This document shows, piece after piece, positions 13,411 to 25,003 of a stretch of DNA of 64,000 nucleotides; the stretch's first letter is position 1, and each line of letters begins with the position of its first letter. Source of the stretch: Trichosphaerium sp. ATCC 40318 (Eukaryota > Protista > Tubulinea). The translations under genes and the position numbers were made by a program. The notes beneath the pieces are model-generated. The model saw only the letters and a list, made by a program, of their open reading frames with translations, was not told where the DNA came from and searched no databases. Location: contig JALMLS010000074.1 of NCBI GenBank assembly GCA_038496445.1, positions 163,715-227,714 on the forward strand, read 5' to 3'.

Positions 13411-14295
13411 TTATTTTGTTTGTGCCTCACCATCAACCCACATAGTTTGTGCCTTGAGTTGTCCATCATCATACCACTCTTTTTCTACACCACTTTTCTC
13501 ACCATCAACCCACATAGTTTGTGCCTTGAGCTGTCCATCATCATACCAAACTTTATATTCACCATGTTGTTTACTGTCAACCCACATACTTTGTGCTTCA
13601 AGTTGTCCGTTTTCACACCATTCTTTTTGTACTCCATATTGTTTATCATCAACCATCATAGCCTGTGCTTTAAGTTGTCCATTTTCGTACCATCTTTTGG
13701 TTTCTCCATTTTGTTTATGATCAACCCACACACATTGTAGCATAAGTTGTCCATTTGGATACCACTGTTTATCTTGACCATTTTTGTTGCCATTTATCCA
13801 TGTAGTTTGTGAATAAAGTTGTCCACTTTCATACCACTCTTTGGTTTCACCGCTTTGTTTATTATTAACCCACATACTTTGTGCATTAAGTTGTCCATTT
13901 TCATACCATTCACTTTGTACTCCATTTTGCTTATCATAAATCCACGTGTTTTGTGCCTTAAGTTGACCACTCTCATACCATCTTTTATATTCACCATGTA
14001 GTTTACCATCAACCATCATAAATTGTGACCTTAGGTTTCCACTCTCATACCAAGTTTTCGAATGTCCAGTTGTATATTCATGACATGCAACTTTACCACT
14101 TTTATACCATCTTATCCATTTACCTTTGGATTTCAATCCTTCATCAAAATGTGTATTGATAGCTGCTCTTTTTGAAAGTGTATGGAATTTTGTGAATGCT
14201 TCAGCATTGAAAGTACAAATGTACTCTTGAATCTCACAAGGAAGAGAAAACAGAAAACACTTTCTTTTTTCGTCAGTGTTTGTTTGGTTGCTCAT
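13411..14295 (-). CDS. F-box-like + MORN-variant (MORN_2/YwqK-like) repeat protein, uninterrupted ORF
   Basis: N-terminal FLFSLPCEIQEYI (F-box-like) followed by about nine 24-aa repeats WYENGQLxAQxMWVDGKQNGExKE. The last two units are near-identical at DNA level. Confidence 0.85.
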   Translation of the reverse strand: MSNQTNTDEKRKCFLFSLPCEIQEYICTFNAEAFTKFHTLSKRAAINTHFDEGLKSKGKWIRWYKSGKVACHEYTTGHSKTWYESGNLRSQFMMVDGKLHGEYKRWYESGQLKAQNTWIYDKQNGVQSEWYENGQLNAQSMWVNNKQSGETKEWYESGQLYSQTTWINGNKNGQDKQWYPNGQLMLQCVWVDHKQNGETKRWYENGQLKAQAMMVDDKQYGVQKEWCENGQLEAQSMWVDSKQHGEYKVWYDDGQLKAQTMWVDGEKSGVEKEWYDDGQLKAQTMWVDGEAQTK

Positions 14296-15111
14296 GTTCT
14301 TTGCCTTGTGATACAGGGAGTGGTTCGTTTAAAGGTGATCCTCTAAACGAAAGCCGTTACACATTAGATAAGGGCATTCAAAGCTAATATGTCCAGTTTC
14401 ACGAGAAAGTGTCCGAGAAATGGATAAACAACTTTTTGCAAGTTTTCTGCTACAAACGGTGAAAAAACTTCGCGTGTGGCATTATGCAGCACAAAAAACG
14501 CGTTACAAAGTGTTTATTTCCCCTTTTGCTTAAAACTCCATTGCTGGTGTTCTAATTGTTATTGTAGTACTCTATGCGCATAGTAGTGTATAAAGTAGAG
14601 TCATTCTCGTGAAACCGGACATGTTGTAGCGTTTTTAAGGTGGTTTTATGTTAATCGGGTTGCATACGTACCTCAATCAATAAGTGTATTACTAAACTAT
14701 CCAGATGTTTAATAGCCACGTACTCGTACTATTGCTCATAATTAAAAGTCTACATCGTTCAACTTAAAAAATTTCACGCGCAATTACAACCTTGTGACAT
14801 ACCCACTGAGTTCAAGCACAACAGTAATTCGACAACAAAACAAGTCCTATCCGCCACTACATGGATCACACAATAATTGTAGATCACAAAGATCTTAGCA
14901 ATGTATGCAGATGAAGTGCTTTTGTGTGAGCAACAGAGAGACCAGGACTGGTTTGGCGGAAGACTAACGTCTTGCTTGAGCGCGACACAAGTAAGTGTTT
15001 ATCTCGTCCAAAAACAATAACTGAGGTAGCAAGGAAAGTTACATATTTATTTTAATTTATATGACAGACAATCTAGATGGAAAGAAAAAAAAAAGTTCAA
15101 ACATATCAATA

Positions 15112-18100
15112 TTAATCTGAACCATCCAAATCTAGATGTGTCCGTACAAGACGGTCTAACCGACCTCTTCTTACACGTTTTGCTATTTTCTTAAAAACTG
15201 GGCTTTCTCTAGCAGCGCGTTGTGCATTTACAACTTAAAAGAAAACAGAGTTAGCACTACTCAGCTCGAGAGGAAAAACCCAAGATTTTTGTACTTACCT
15301 TTGTGTATAAAAAATTCGCGGAAGTCTTCGTTCAACTCAAACTCTGCGGGTTCAGGAAGTCGTGGTCCAAATGGCATAACACCTGGTTTGGAACTTACAG
15401 CTACCCTATTACATTATTAGAGGATTCAATCCCAACAAAGCAAAAAACAAAGGAAAGAAGTGTCAAAAAAGCAACTTTTTTGAAATTGAGTTCTTCTTAG
15501 AGGCGTACTTGAACCATGTTTTTCCAGTTTCTTGTATTTTAGAATGTACAGGAGATACAACAAATATAATATCTTAATTCGTTGTTAAGGATTAAAAGCA
15601 ACAAGAAAAATTAGAACAAAAGGGAAAAAAAAAAAAAGACTATCTAACAGGATACTAATATACTCAGAACGCAGACTCTCAGGATCATAACTATCGCCTT
15701 CATCTACAAAAACGATAACTATACTATCGTTTCCAATATGTCTCTTTCTTTGAATCTGAAAGAGGTAATAAGCACCACGTGATATGAAAAAAGAAAACAT
15801 TATTTTTTTTTGAAACGTACTTGTTGTTGTTCGTATTCATCATAAGGTAGTAATGTTGAAACGTGATATAAAATTTGCCAATCTTCCCAAGAGTTATAGT
15901 AAGTAGTCTTACCAGTTCTATTACTCTCAGTGTCAAGCCCACCGGCAAAGAAAGGCCAATTTAAGAGGTCTAAAATGTGTCAGGCTTGATGTACTTTTTT
16001 TGTGAAATAATGTGATCAACGTTTGCTTAAACATACCGATTTCTTCACCGAGAAGCGTTAAAAATTCACCAAACAGCTTTGAATGCTCTAAAGAAAAAGT
16101 TAAAACAAAAGATCAACAAAAAGAATACAAACAAAAAGTAACGATTGTGTACCTCTGTTACTATACATCTCAGTCTCAGTCTGTTTTGTATTTGTGGCGT
16201 ATAATACACCAACCTTTGTAAATACGTTAGCAAAGGAATTTACCAAGAAAATGTCACGTGTCAACCACAAAAAAGAAGAAAATTTTGAGAACTAGAAAAT
16301 CAAGGTTGTTTGTGTACCTTTATGTGTGTTTCGTCAAACATGTTTTCCATTTGAAGTAGGTGATCTTGTATATCAGTGTTTGTTGTTTTTATAAGTACAG
16401 TATCTTCTAGCTCAGGTACGAGCTCTTTAAGCCTCTTTAACACCTCTGATGACTTATCAGCAGCTGGTATAAAAGCCCATTTATCACAGATGTCAATCTT
16501 TATAACAACACGAAGATTGACACGTTTTCTGTGTTTTGACTGTTTCTCTACTGAGACAACAATAGGTCCAAGGTCATCATTATAACCCAAAAAGTTAAAG
16601 TGATCAACTAATGCAGGTAAATAAGAGGAAGGAGAAAGTAAGAAAATTATTGGAAAAAACAAAATGATGAATGACACTTACATCCGTAGAAATAGTCTTT
16701 ATAGTAATGTAAGACTCTCTCATGTTGATCAATGTTAAGATGCTGACATTGTTCTTTATATGTTGTAGTAGTATCGCCTAGTTCTACTAAGTAGTCTTCA
16801 TTTGTTGTGAAAATTAGAGGCGGGTCTGAATCTGCAAAATCGTAATCCTAAAGAAAAGAATAAATCAATACTCTCACAAAGACCATAAAAAAATGCAGGT
16901 TGCGGTACTTGTGCCTTATAATTTGAGGGTAAAATAAAACGCTTTGTAAGGATGAAAAATGGCATGTGGTGAACTAGCATAAAAGTAAAAAAAAGTACCT
17001 TCATGGATTTAGGTTGTGGTATTGTTGCTTTTACAGCAACACGAAGTGCTTGTTTTATTGAAGAATGTCTGCTTATAAAACTCTGAATACGTCTATTTTT
17101 CTTAGCCAAATCCAAGTTTTGCCAATTCTCAAGCTTTGCAACGCCCAGCTAAACACAAGAAATGTTAAATGATATCCAAAAAAAAAAAACACCAAGAAGG
17201 CTTTTACCTTTTCATTTATCTTAGCTGGCTTGTGTTTAATCATCTTATTGTTAAAACTATCTCTTGAAAACAGTCTACGGTAATCAAGGTCACCTAAGCG
17301 GAAAAACAAGCATGTCAGGAAACCAGTTGAACGAAAAAGAAATCTTCAAAGAAGTTGCCAGTTGTCTCATTTTTTTTCTTCAAAAATGGTTGATTGTGGT
17401 AGTAAAAATGACGTACTGAACTTGGTAGCTCTACCAACATAATCAGCTTCAAAAACAGATACAATAGCAGACTGTGAGTAAACACTATCAAGTGACATAT
17501 TTTCTTCAATATCTGTAAGTGTAGAAGGTCTTTTAGCGCTTGAATGTGCTGTCCTCTTTTTTAAAATAATATTTTTACTACTTTGATGATCACGTAAGTG
17601 CCTAAAGACAAGGAAGTGAGCTAAAAAAGCCGAAAGTTGGTAATTTTTTTTTGATTTTTCTCCGAGTTGCACAACGGCTAGTTTCGCTAGCACATTACTC
17701 AACGCTGTTTTAAAGCTTATGATGGGTAGTTATAAAGCGTATAAAGCGATTTTTGATGATAAATCGCAACGAGAAAAAGCGAGCAAAACTACAACATTTG
17801 TAGTTATGTAGTAGTGACTTCAAAGTGTATCGCAACCAAAAGCGAAAAGGTGTAAATGAAATTCTGTATTTCTTGACAGTGTTTAACGCCGGAAAACCCC
17901 TTGGTGGCTGCAAAAGAGCGTATTAAGTAGTTTGGTGCGTACGCGGCAAGATTACTATCACTTAGTGACTTTCTCCGTCTGTTTGTCTTGTATTTCTTGC
18001 GTTTTACTACTTTTCGTGTTGTATTCACTTTCCTGCTCCGTACGGAGGAAACTACGATTCCATTAAAAATCAAGTGATGGAGTTTACGATTTTGCTGAAA

Positions 18101-18340
18101 ATGGTGCTGTTGCGTACGAGGTGAAGTGTGCTTCTTTTTACCCTTTGCAGGCTTACTTGCGCTGTCTTTATGTTTTTCTTTCCCATCAGGCGACTTGGTC
18201 TTCCTCTCGCGCTTGGAAGGCGTTCTTGTAAGGGACGGTGAGCGTTTGGGTTCCGGCTCCACTACAAGTTTTGTCTTTTTTTTCCTCTGTTTATGTAGAT
18301 TATTGCTGTGTTTATCCTTATTGGACTCTTTCTTGCTCAT
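15112..18340 (-). CDS. Rap/Ran GTPase-activating protein with basic low-complexity N-terminus
   Basis: HFNFLGYNDDLGPIVVSV, FGEFLTLLGEEI, IQRKRHIGNDSIVIVF and KVVNAQRAA are RapGAP domain motifs spread over many exons. Confidence 0.9.
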
Positions 18341-19538
18341 TGTTAAGAACTTCCAATGGATACGTGGTGATTTTACTTCTAATCGCGTTTGATTGCTGTA
18401 TAATACATATAATAATGTAAAAGCGTAAAAGCGAAGGTGTTGTGCTACTTGGGTAAGTCTAAAATCCTAAGCGAGCGTTTTCTGATATCAAAAAAGACTT
18501 AAATCGTTTTTGCTATGATTTCACTCCCAATAACTATATTATACGCTAAAATAGCGTTTACCGATACATGTTTTATTCTGGAAATAGCAAAACGAATTCG
18601 ACTTTTTCGATAAAAAATTTGAACCTTGAGCTTTGTTGGTTTAAACGAAAATACGCTTTTCGTGCAATACACAAATCAAGAGTGTTCTGTTAGTGTTTGA
18701 AAGTGAGTTTAATGAATAGCAGTTTTTCTGACTACACGATCTTTGATAAATTATGTACCTCCTTAATAAAGCATTGTTGATACAAAAACCGCTCCGTAAT
18801 ATCATTCTAAAAGTTTTGTAGATTAGCTAAATTCGCGTAGACAAGTTTCTGTTTGTTACAAAAAACGGTTCGCAAGTTGTTTCAATAGCTTGCTCAGGAG
18901 ACGCAACCAGTACGTTATCGCGACACATGATGAAATACGCTTTTAGACCTATAGCACGAGAGTACAGCTCCAAAAATAGTATTATAACTGCAGAGGTCTT
19001 GGAACACCACAATACTAGTAAGATAATTGTGAGCGAAGGGTTTGTAAATAAAAACTGTTTAGCCTTCCAAAATTGGCGATTAAAATCAAAAAGATGAAAA
19101 ATAACTATTTGTTGTTCCTGTTGGATCTTGAGATTGTATTTATGAATTATCCCCTAAGTGTAGTATCTCCTTAGTTCATGGGGTATCATAATAGATAAAA
19201 ACAAATGTTTCATTGTTTGACACTTTCTGTAAATCAAATACTTTGTCAACCTTGTAAAACAACAAAAAAAATCTGAAAATAGCGCTCACATAAACAATCA
19301 CGGTGTTGTAGTTGTACTCCACATACCCATGAGTATCGGACAACTTATATGACAGACAGTAATTACTGAAATTAAAGGCAACTTTCGGGTTTTACAGAAC
19401 GAAATTTCGGTATTTAAAAAAATAGATCCAAATAAAGAAACACAACGTTTTGTCAATATCATGTTTCTCTAATATTAGTTTTGGATATTTTCTGTATTAA
19501 AGGAGGTACACAGAATACACATGAGAAATATAGAATGG

Positions 19539-20935
19539 CTAAAAATATCTACCACGGCCAATAGTATCTTTTCAATCCAAAAACTTTTTTGCCAAGGTCT
19601 GATGGTTTAAACTCGTCTAATATAATTTCTGCCATACCCTCTTCCTGTGCTAATGGCAAGTAAGGCCTTCCACTGTTAGGGTACCTAAGCAATATTGAGT
19701 TGTTTTAAAACAGAGAGTAGAAGAAGCCCATCATTTGACAGTCAACTTTTTTTTTTCAATTTTTCAAAACGAGGACTGTTATCATTCATTCTTATGACGT
19801 ACATTCGAACATACTGAACAACTCTAAATCTTTCACTATCATTTGGATAATTAGCATGAAATGTAAGAGAGTTCCAAATCACCAAAGAACCTTTCCTCAT
19901 TGATACTTTTTGAATATAATCTCGAACCGGATGGTTTTCTGGAAGTTGAACGTTTCCTCCAGCACTTGGTACCTCCAGAAGTATATGAGGTAATTTATGT
20001 GATCCAGGAACACAATGGAATCCGCCATCTTGTACACGTGCATCAGTTAAGGTAAGTAAACCTTGAACATAAAGCGTTTTTTCAAAATCTAACTTTTCTC
20101 CTTGTTTGAAGTGTGGATGGTTTCTATCTTTCTTAAAACCTGCAACATCTATTTTACCACTTGATGGATTACAATCAGTATGAAGCCATCTATCTTTTGT
20201 CTTCCAAGACGGCATATCAACAGGTTCTGACTTTTCTGGAAATTTTACATTTCTTGTTGGTCTTAGTACTCCTAAACGGTCGTAATCGACCCATAATTTT
20301 GTAGTGTTATGTATAATACTGTAGGCTTTGTGTCTAAACCAAATTTAAGAGGAGAAGTTATAGTCAGTGAAAGTTTAAAAATACTATTATGAATAGGTGT
20401 TTTGGTACGCTCAATTCACTGTCACCGAATTATTACGTCCACAGAAGCGGTATTTTAAGAGTTTTTTGTAATTGTTCGTTTTTTTTGTGTTTAAATCGTT
20501 GAGGAGTTTAAAAACAACGTACACGTTAGGGTTTTGTCTGTTGGCCATTAGGGGAGCGTCGAATGAGTACATAGAACCGATAATGCCGAGTTTACCAAAT
20601 TGTTGTTTGTTCCAATACGGCTCCCACGTATTAGGATCATCCTGTTACGGCGTAAGGTTGCGTTTTAAGATAAAATGTACCTTATCTAATTCTGGTTTGT
20701 CCCAAAACGAAGCGAGAGTATTGTCAATATCCGTTGTAGATAGTACATCTCTAATAACGACGAATCCGTGTGTATCAAAAAATAGCTTAATTTGTTTCGA
20801 TTCTGACACTTTAAAGCTAGGGTAGAACCCCTCGTCATCATAGCTTTGTTGTGATGCCTTGAGTATACTTACGTCTTCTCCAGACAGAGAAAACTTGTTT
20901 TCTATCTCCGCTGCATCTTTTTTCGGTTCAGCCAT
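19539..20935 (-). CDS. Phytanoyl-CoA dioxygenase (PhyH) family 2OG-Fe(II) oxygenase
   Basis: FFDTHGFVVI, WLHTD (HxD), VQGLLTLTD...GGFHCVPGSH and KGSLVIWNSLTFHANYPN. Confidence 0.88.
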
Positions 20936-21158
20936 AACGTTAGCGTGTTTAAATGATGAAGGAAAAACCCGTTCAGGTACGTTTGACGGGTATTGACTTG
21001 CCGAGAAGTTTGTAGCACATTCACCAGTTAACTGACTTACTGAAGTTGGCGTACACGGATTGTCAATACTCAAACAGTTTGCTCGCCAGTACTTTACGCT
21101 GTTTAAGTGTCATTGAATCCAAAGCAGGCACGTTGTATTAGGAAAAAAAGTATTATTG

Positions 21159-21333
21159 CAGTGTACTCTCAGGAACTTCTCGAATTTCTTCCTTATTAAT
21201 TGCTAAGCCAAAAGACAATGCGAATGCAAGTAAGCTTCTATAAGCCTTTTGAGTGTCATGGACATACGTTTACTCATCACGTGATCAGTACAAAGAAGCA
21301 GAAAGGATTTTGTGTTGACAACAATAAACAGGC
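21159..21333 (+). repeat. Dispersed ~175-bp repeat, copy 1
   Basis: Aligns over its whole length to 24542-24715 (shared TTTCTTCCTTATTAATTGCTAAGCCA...AGTAAGCTTCTATAAGCCTTTTGAGTGT...TCACGTGAT.AGTACAAAGAAGCAGAAAGGATTTTGTGTTGA...AATAAACAGGC). Confidence 0.92.
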
Positions 21334-21836
21334 GCAAACGGCATGTTTAATATGGTCACAATACGTAGTATACGATAAAGCGAAGCCAGTAGGTTTTTAT
21401 CTAGTTGCCTAAAAATTACTCACTTCACAGACAATAGCGATGATACAAAATGGTACTATTACAAGCTCCTGCAAACGCCATCTGTGACTATTCATGAGAT
21501 AAAATTGCCTCATTCCAGCAGCACCTATTAGTATATTAAGATCCAAAAGGTAGCAGTATACCAGTGGAAGATTAAGTTTGTTCACAAATAACGCTTTTCA
21601 TGACCAGCGTGCAGCCTGAATTTCACTTCACGTTACTGTAAACCGTTTTCTGCTAAAGTTCAATAGCATGGATGGCTATTGTATTTAGGCGCGCACATTA
21701 CGACATCCACTGTCTGTTTGACTACTCACAAAATGTGTTTCGAAAATTGGACCTTAAACAATGCATTCTAACAGTGAAAACGAGTAAAACTTGGGTACTT
21801 TATTTAGTTTTACATTCATATTGGAGTGCCAAGATC

Positions 21837-22240
21837 TCAGCAACTTCCACAAGCAGCTTCGCTCCAGCAGCACCATTTATCACTTCTGATGCGGAAGCAT
21901 AATGGTGATCCAGGGTAGCAGTAGGCAGTTGAACCTAATAAATGTAAGTAAGAATTACCAACCTTTGATTTTCAAGTACATTGACCATTCTTTTCACGAC
22001 CACGTTTACGCCATCCAGGAGGACACCATCCATTTGTATCACATGTTTCACCACACAATAATGGCCCTTGCTAATTGGGGCGTTAATTAACATACAATGT
22101 AGAAGTAGCAAGTGTCGACATACCTCAGTTGATCTCTTTTCGTGCATGTCTGGCATTTCTTCAGAGTCTTTAGATTGGGTCGTCAAGGCAATTGGTATCA
22201 ACGCCAAAGTCACCAATACGAATAATATTGTTGTGTTCAT
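21837..22240 (-). CDS. Secreted cysteine-rich prepropeptide, copy A (3 exons)
   Basis: MNTTILFVLVTLALIPIALTTQSKDSEEMPDMHEKR-STE|QGPLLCGETCDTNGWCPPGWRKRGREKNGQ|CSTAYCYPGSPLCFRIRSDKWCCWSEAACGSC*, with two GT-AG introns. Confidence 0.88.
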
Positions 22241-22598
22241 TTGTTGTTTGTTTAAAGAAGAGGTTTGTTGTTGGTTGAGGTTTGTAATTTGGTTTTGTTT
22301 GAATGCTTTTACATTGACTTAAAGTCATGTTATTCACTGAAAAAAACTATCATAAACTATTTACCTCATTTCTTTTTCGCTAATTCAACACGAATTATCC
22401 ATGTTCTCTTGTTGTAATTACACTGCAAACAGCACCGCTGTTCTATTTGAGTTTATATTAGGCAATAAAAAAATTACAAAGTTTCGACACGATAAGATGA
22501 AAAAATTTACCATAACTGCACATGAAGTGAGACTTAAATCATCTTGACCTCCCAGTCACAAAACAAACCAGAACAGAACAACCACACCTTATAGAACA

Positions 22599-22986
22599 AT
22601 GCAAACAACAATACTTTTCGCCTTTGTACTCATGGCATTGACTGTTGCCTTGGCGGTCCAATCTAACGAGCTCAGTGAAAGAGCTAAACGAGCAACTGAA
22701 GTAAGTCATGCTCTGATGTTACATTTACTTCGTATTCTAACGCCCCTTTTAGCAAGGACCATTATTGTGTGGTGAAACATGTGATACAAATGGATGGTGT
22801 CCTCCTGGATGGCGTAAACGTGGTCGTGAAAAGAATGGTCAATGTACTTGAAAATCAAAGGTTGGTAATTCTTACTTACATTTATTAGGTTCAACTGCAT
22901 ACTGCTACCCTGGATCACCATTATGCTTTCGCATCAGAAGTGATAAATGGTGCTGCTGGAGCGAAGCTGCTTGTGGAAGCTGCTAA
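22599..22986 (+). CDS. Secreted cysteine-rich prepropeptide, copy B (3 exons)
   Basis: MQTTILFAFVLMALTVALAVQSNELSERAKR-ATE| followed by the same 62-aa, 10-Cys sequence as copy A, with the same intron positions. Confidence 0.88.
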
Positions 22987-23447
22987 GATCCCAACTCACA
23001 TATGCCTGTCATAAAATATCAATTCTCTGTAACGCTCTGTACTTAACTACGTTACTTAAATAAATAGTTAGTTTCCATACCCAAAAACAAAACCGAACGC
23101 GGTCACTATAGTATACAATCACTATGATGTCACTTTCTTTCATTTTCAAACCAACGGAACAAAAAAGTTGCAATAGCGCACGTGCGTATAGTATCATCTA
23201 CGCACAGTGATGCATAAAATACAGTTTAACAGATACTTTCTCGCAAGTCGACAATTTAGACCGTACCAATACAAAAAGCTGCAATAATGTGCGTATAGTA
23301 TAATCTACGCACAGAGATTACAAAAAAAAGGTTTTTTGCAGTTTTTTTTTAGCTTCTTTGGCGCAGAATAATTGGACACAAAAAATGCTCTAACGAGCAA
23401 TAAATTATTGTTTTTTTTTTAACTATTTATTGACTGTTTTTTACTAT

Positions 23448-24160
23448 TTACTTTGTGCCGCCAGATAACAGCATTATGCGCATTTCGCTCATCATTGGAT
23501 CTATGGGAGTGCATGCTGGAAGTGTTGGAGGTGTTGTCAACATTATTATTGCATTAAAATTTGGACTGTTGATTGGAAACTGAGGCAATGGCTGACTTGT
23601 GAGAAGTGTCAACAATAGTTTAACAAGAATTGAAAGCAAAGACGGGTACCTGAAGGTATTTGGATTTGGAAAACTGAGCATTCCAGAGAGAGGTATACTT
23701 GATGAGACGAGTGTTGAACCTATTTATCAAATTGTTAGATGTTGGTGAGCAAATATTAAAGGTGTATTACCGCTGATATCTGTATTATCGAACGTGCATT
23801 CTAATGTTGCAGTAATAAGACTAAGTCCATTAAAAGCGATATTGATTTCAACTTGCGTTGGATCAATATCAATGGCAAATTCCCTGCGAGATGAAACATA
23901 AAGGTACTCAGAATTCGGTGTTGAATCAGCATCATTTATAGCGAAGTTTGGAAAGTTTGGTCCCGTTGTTCCAGGCAATGAAAACAAGTCAGTCCCACTG
24001 GCGATTTTTAAGGCACAACGACCAGTTTCACCAACACCTATTTATCAATTAATCTAACCTAACACGTGTTGTAGGTTGTTTAGAACTTACTAACTTGCGC
24101 AAAAGTTGTGCTAATAGATAGTATACATATAAAGGAAACAAGAGTAGCCACTTTTGCCAT
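23448..24160 (-). CDS. Secreted protein of unknown function (spliced)
   Basis: Signal peptide MAKVATLVSFICILSISTTFA. Short GT-AG introns link ORF pieces 23727-23987 and 23448-23681 in frame. Confidence 0.7.
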
Positions 24161-24541
24161 GATGGACGATAAGCTGCGTATGTGAAGTGTAATGTGAATT
24201 TATTGTAAGGTGTGAAAACAAGTTACAAGTTTGCGTCATCATTTTCTGACTTTAGGCGTTAGAAGTCCATGACTGTACACTGAAAAGAAGTGAATGCTTG
24301 ACAAGAATTTCTTGCCTTGGGCAGGGAATATGGAACGGAGGTTATGGGCCACGAAACAATAAGTTATTGGTTCATAATGTGAATAGTCAATAGCCCTTTT
24401 AAAGTACCTTTTGAAGTACCTTTTGAAGCAAAGGTACTAAAACACGTTTGGCCGCTTTTAGACTATGAAATATTCTTGAGCCGTGACGTGTATTTTCTGT
24501 GTTTGACATTATTTTCTGTATTTCAAACATTCACTTTTTTT

Positions 24542-24715
24542 CAGTGTATATAAAGGGACTTCTGCGTTTCTTCCTTATTAATTGCTAAGCCAGGATACAA
24601 TACGAACGCGAGTAAGCTTCTATAAGCCTTTTGAGTGTTATGGACATACATTTACTCATCACGTGATTAGTACAAAGAAGCAGAAAGGATTTTGTGTTGA
24701 TACCAATAAACAGGC
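24542..24715 (+). repeat. Dispersed ~175-bp repeat, copy 2
   Basis: Direct repeat of 21159-21333. Confidence 0.92.
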
Positions 24716-25003
24716 TGCTAATTGTAACAAGCACTGTACCGAGATGGTAACGAAGCGGGTTCGCCTTGTAATGATTTTTAGGGGTAAACAGTTTAGACCG
24801 AAAGTGAACCTGTGCGCAAACATGGAATTTTTTTTTGCCATTTTGGTTGACGTTGGAGTCGTTTAACATCTCTGTATTGTTCACATTAGTTCCTCAGCTT
24901 TAATTAGTTATTTGTCATTACAGCCAATATTTGATGTAAAATAGAGCGAAATTTCTCAAACAAAGTCACGCGCTGTTAACAAACAAAAGTTGAATCAATT
25001 TCA

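Noticed and set aside
13241-14012. Overlapping repetitive ORFs and 72-bp tandem repeats, superficially array-like
   Set aside because: These are alternate-frame shadows of MORN coding repeats. There is no repeat-spacer structure, so this is not CRISPR.
22843-22888. In-frame TGA in the peptide genes (C-T-TGA-K-S-K) suggesting selenocysteine or readthrough
   Set aside because: The TGA lies inside a 45-nt GTACTT...TTAG segment of typical intron size and style. Removing it restores GQ-C-STAYC and keeps an even cysteine count. No SECIS evidence was seen.
21200-24884. Similar ORFs MLSQKTMRM... and MLSQDTIRT... as a gene pair, or as LTRs of an autonomous retrotransposon
   Set aside because: The similarity comes only from the shared DNA repeat, and the ORFs start with TTG. 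No gag/pol, PBS, PPT or TSD is visible.
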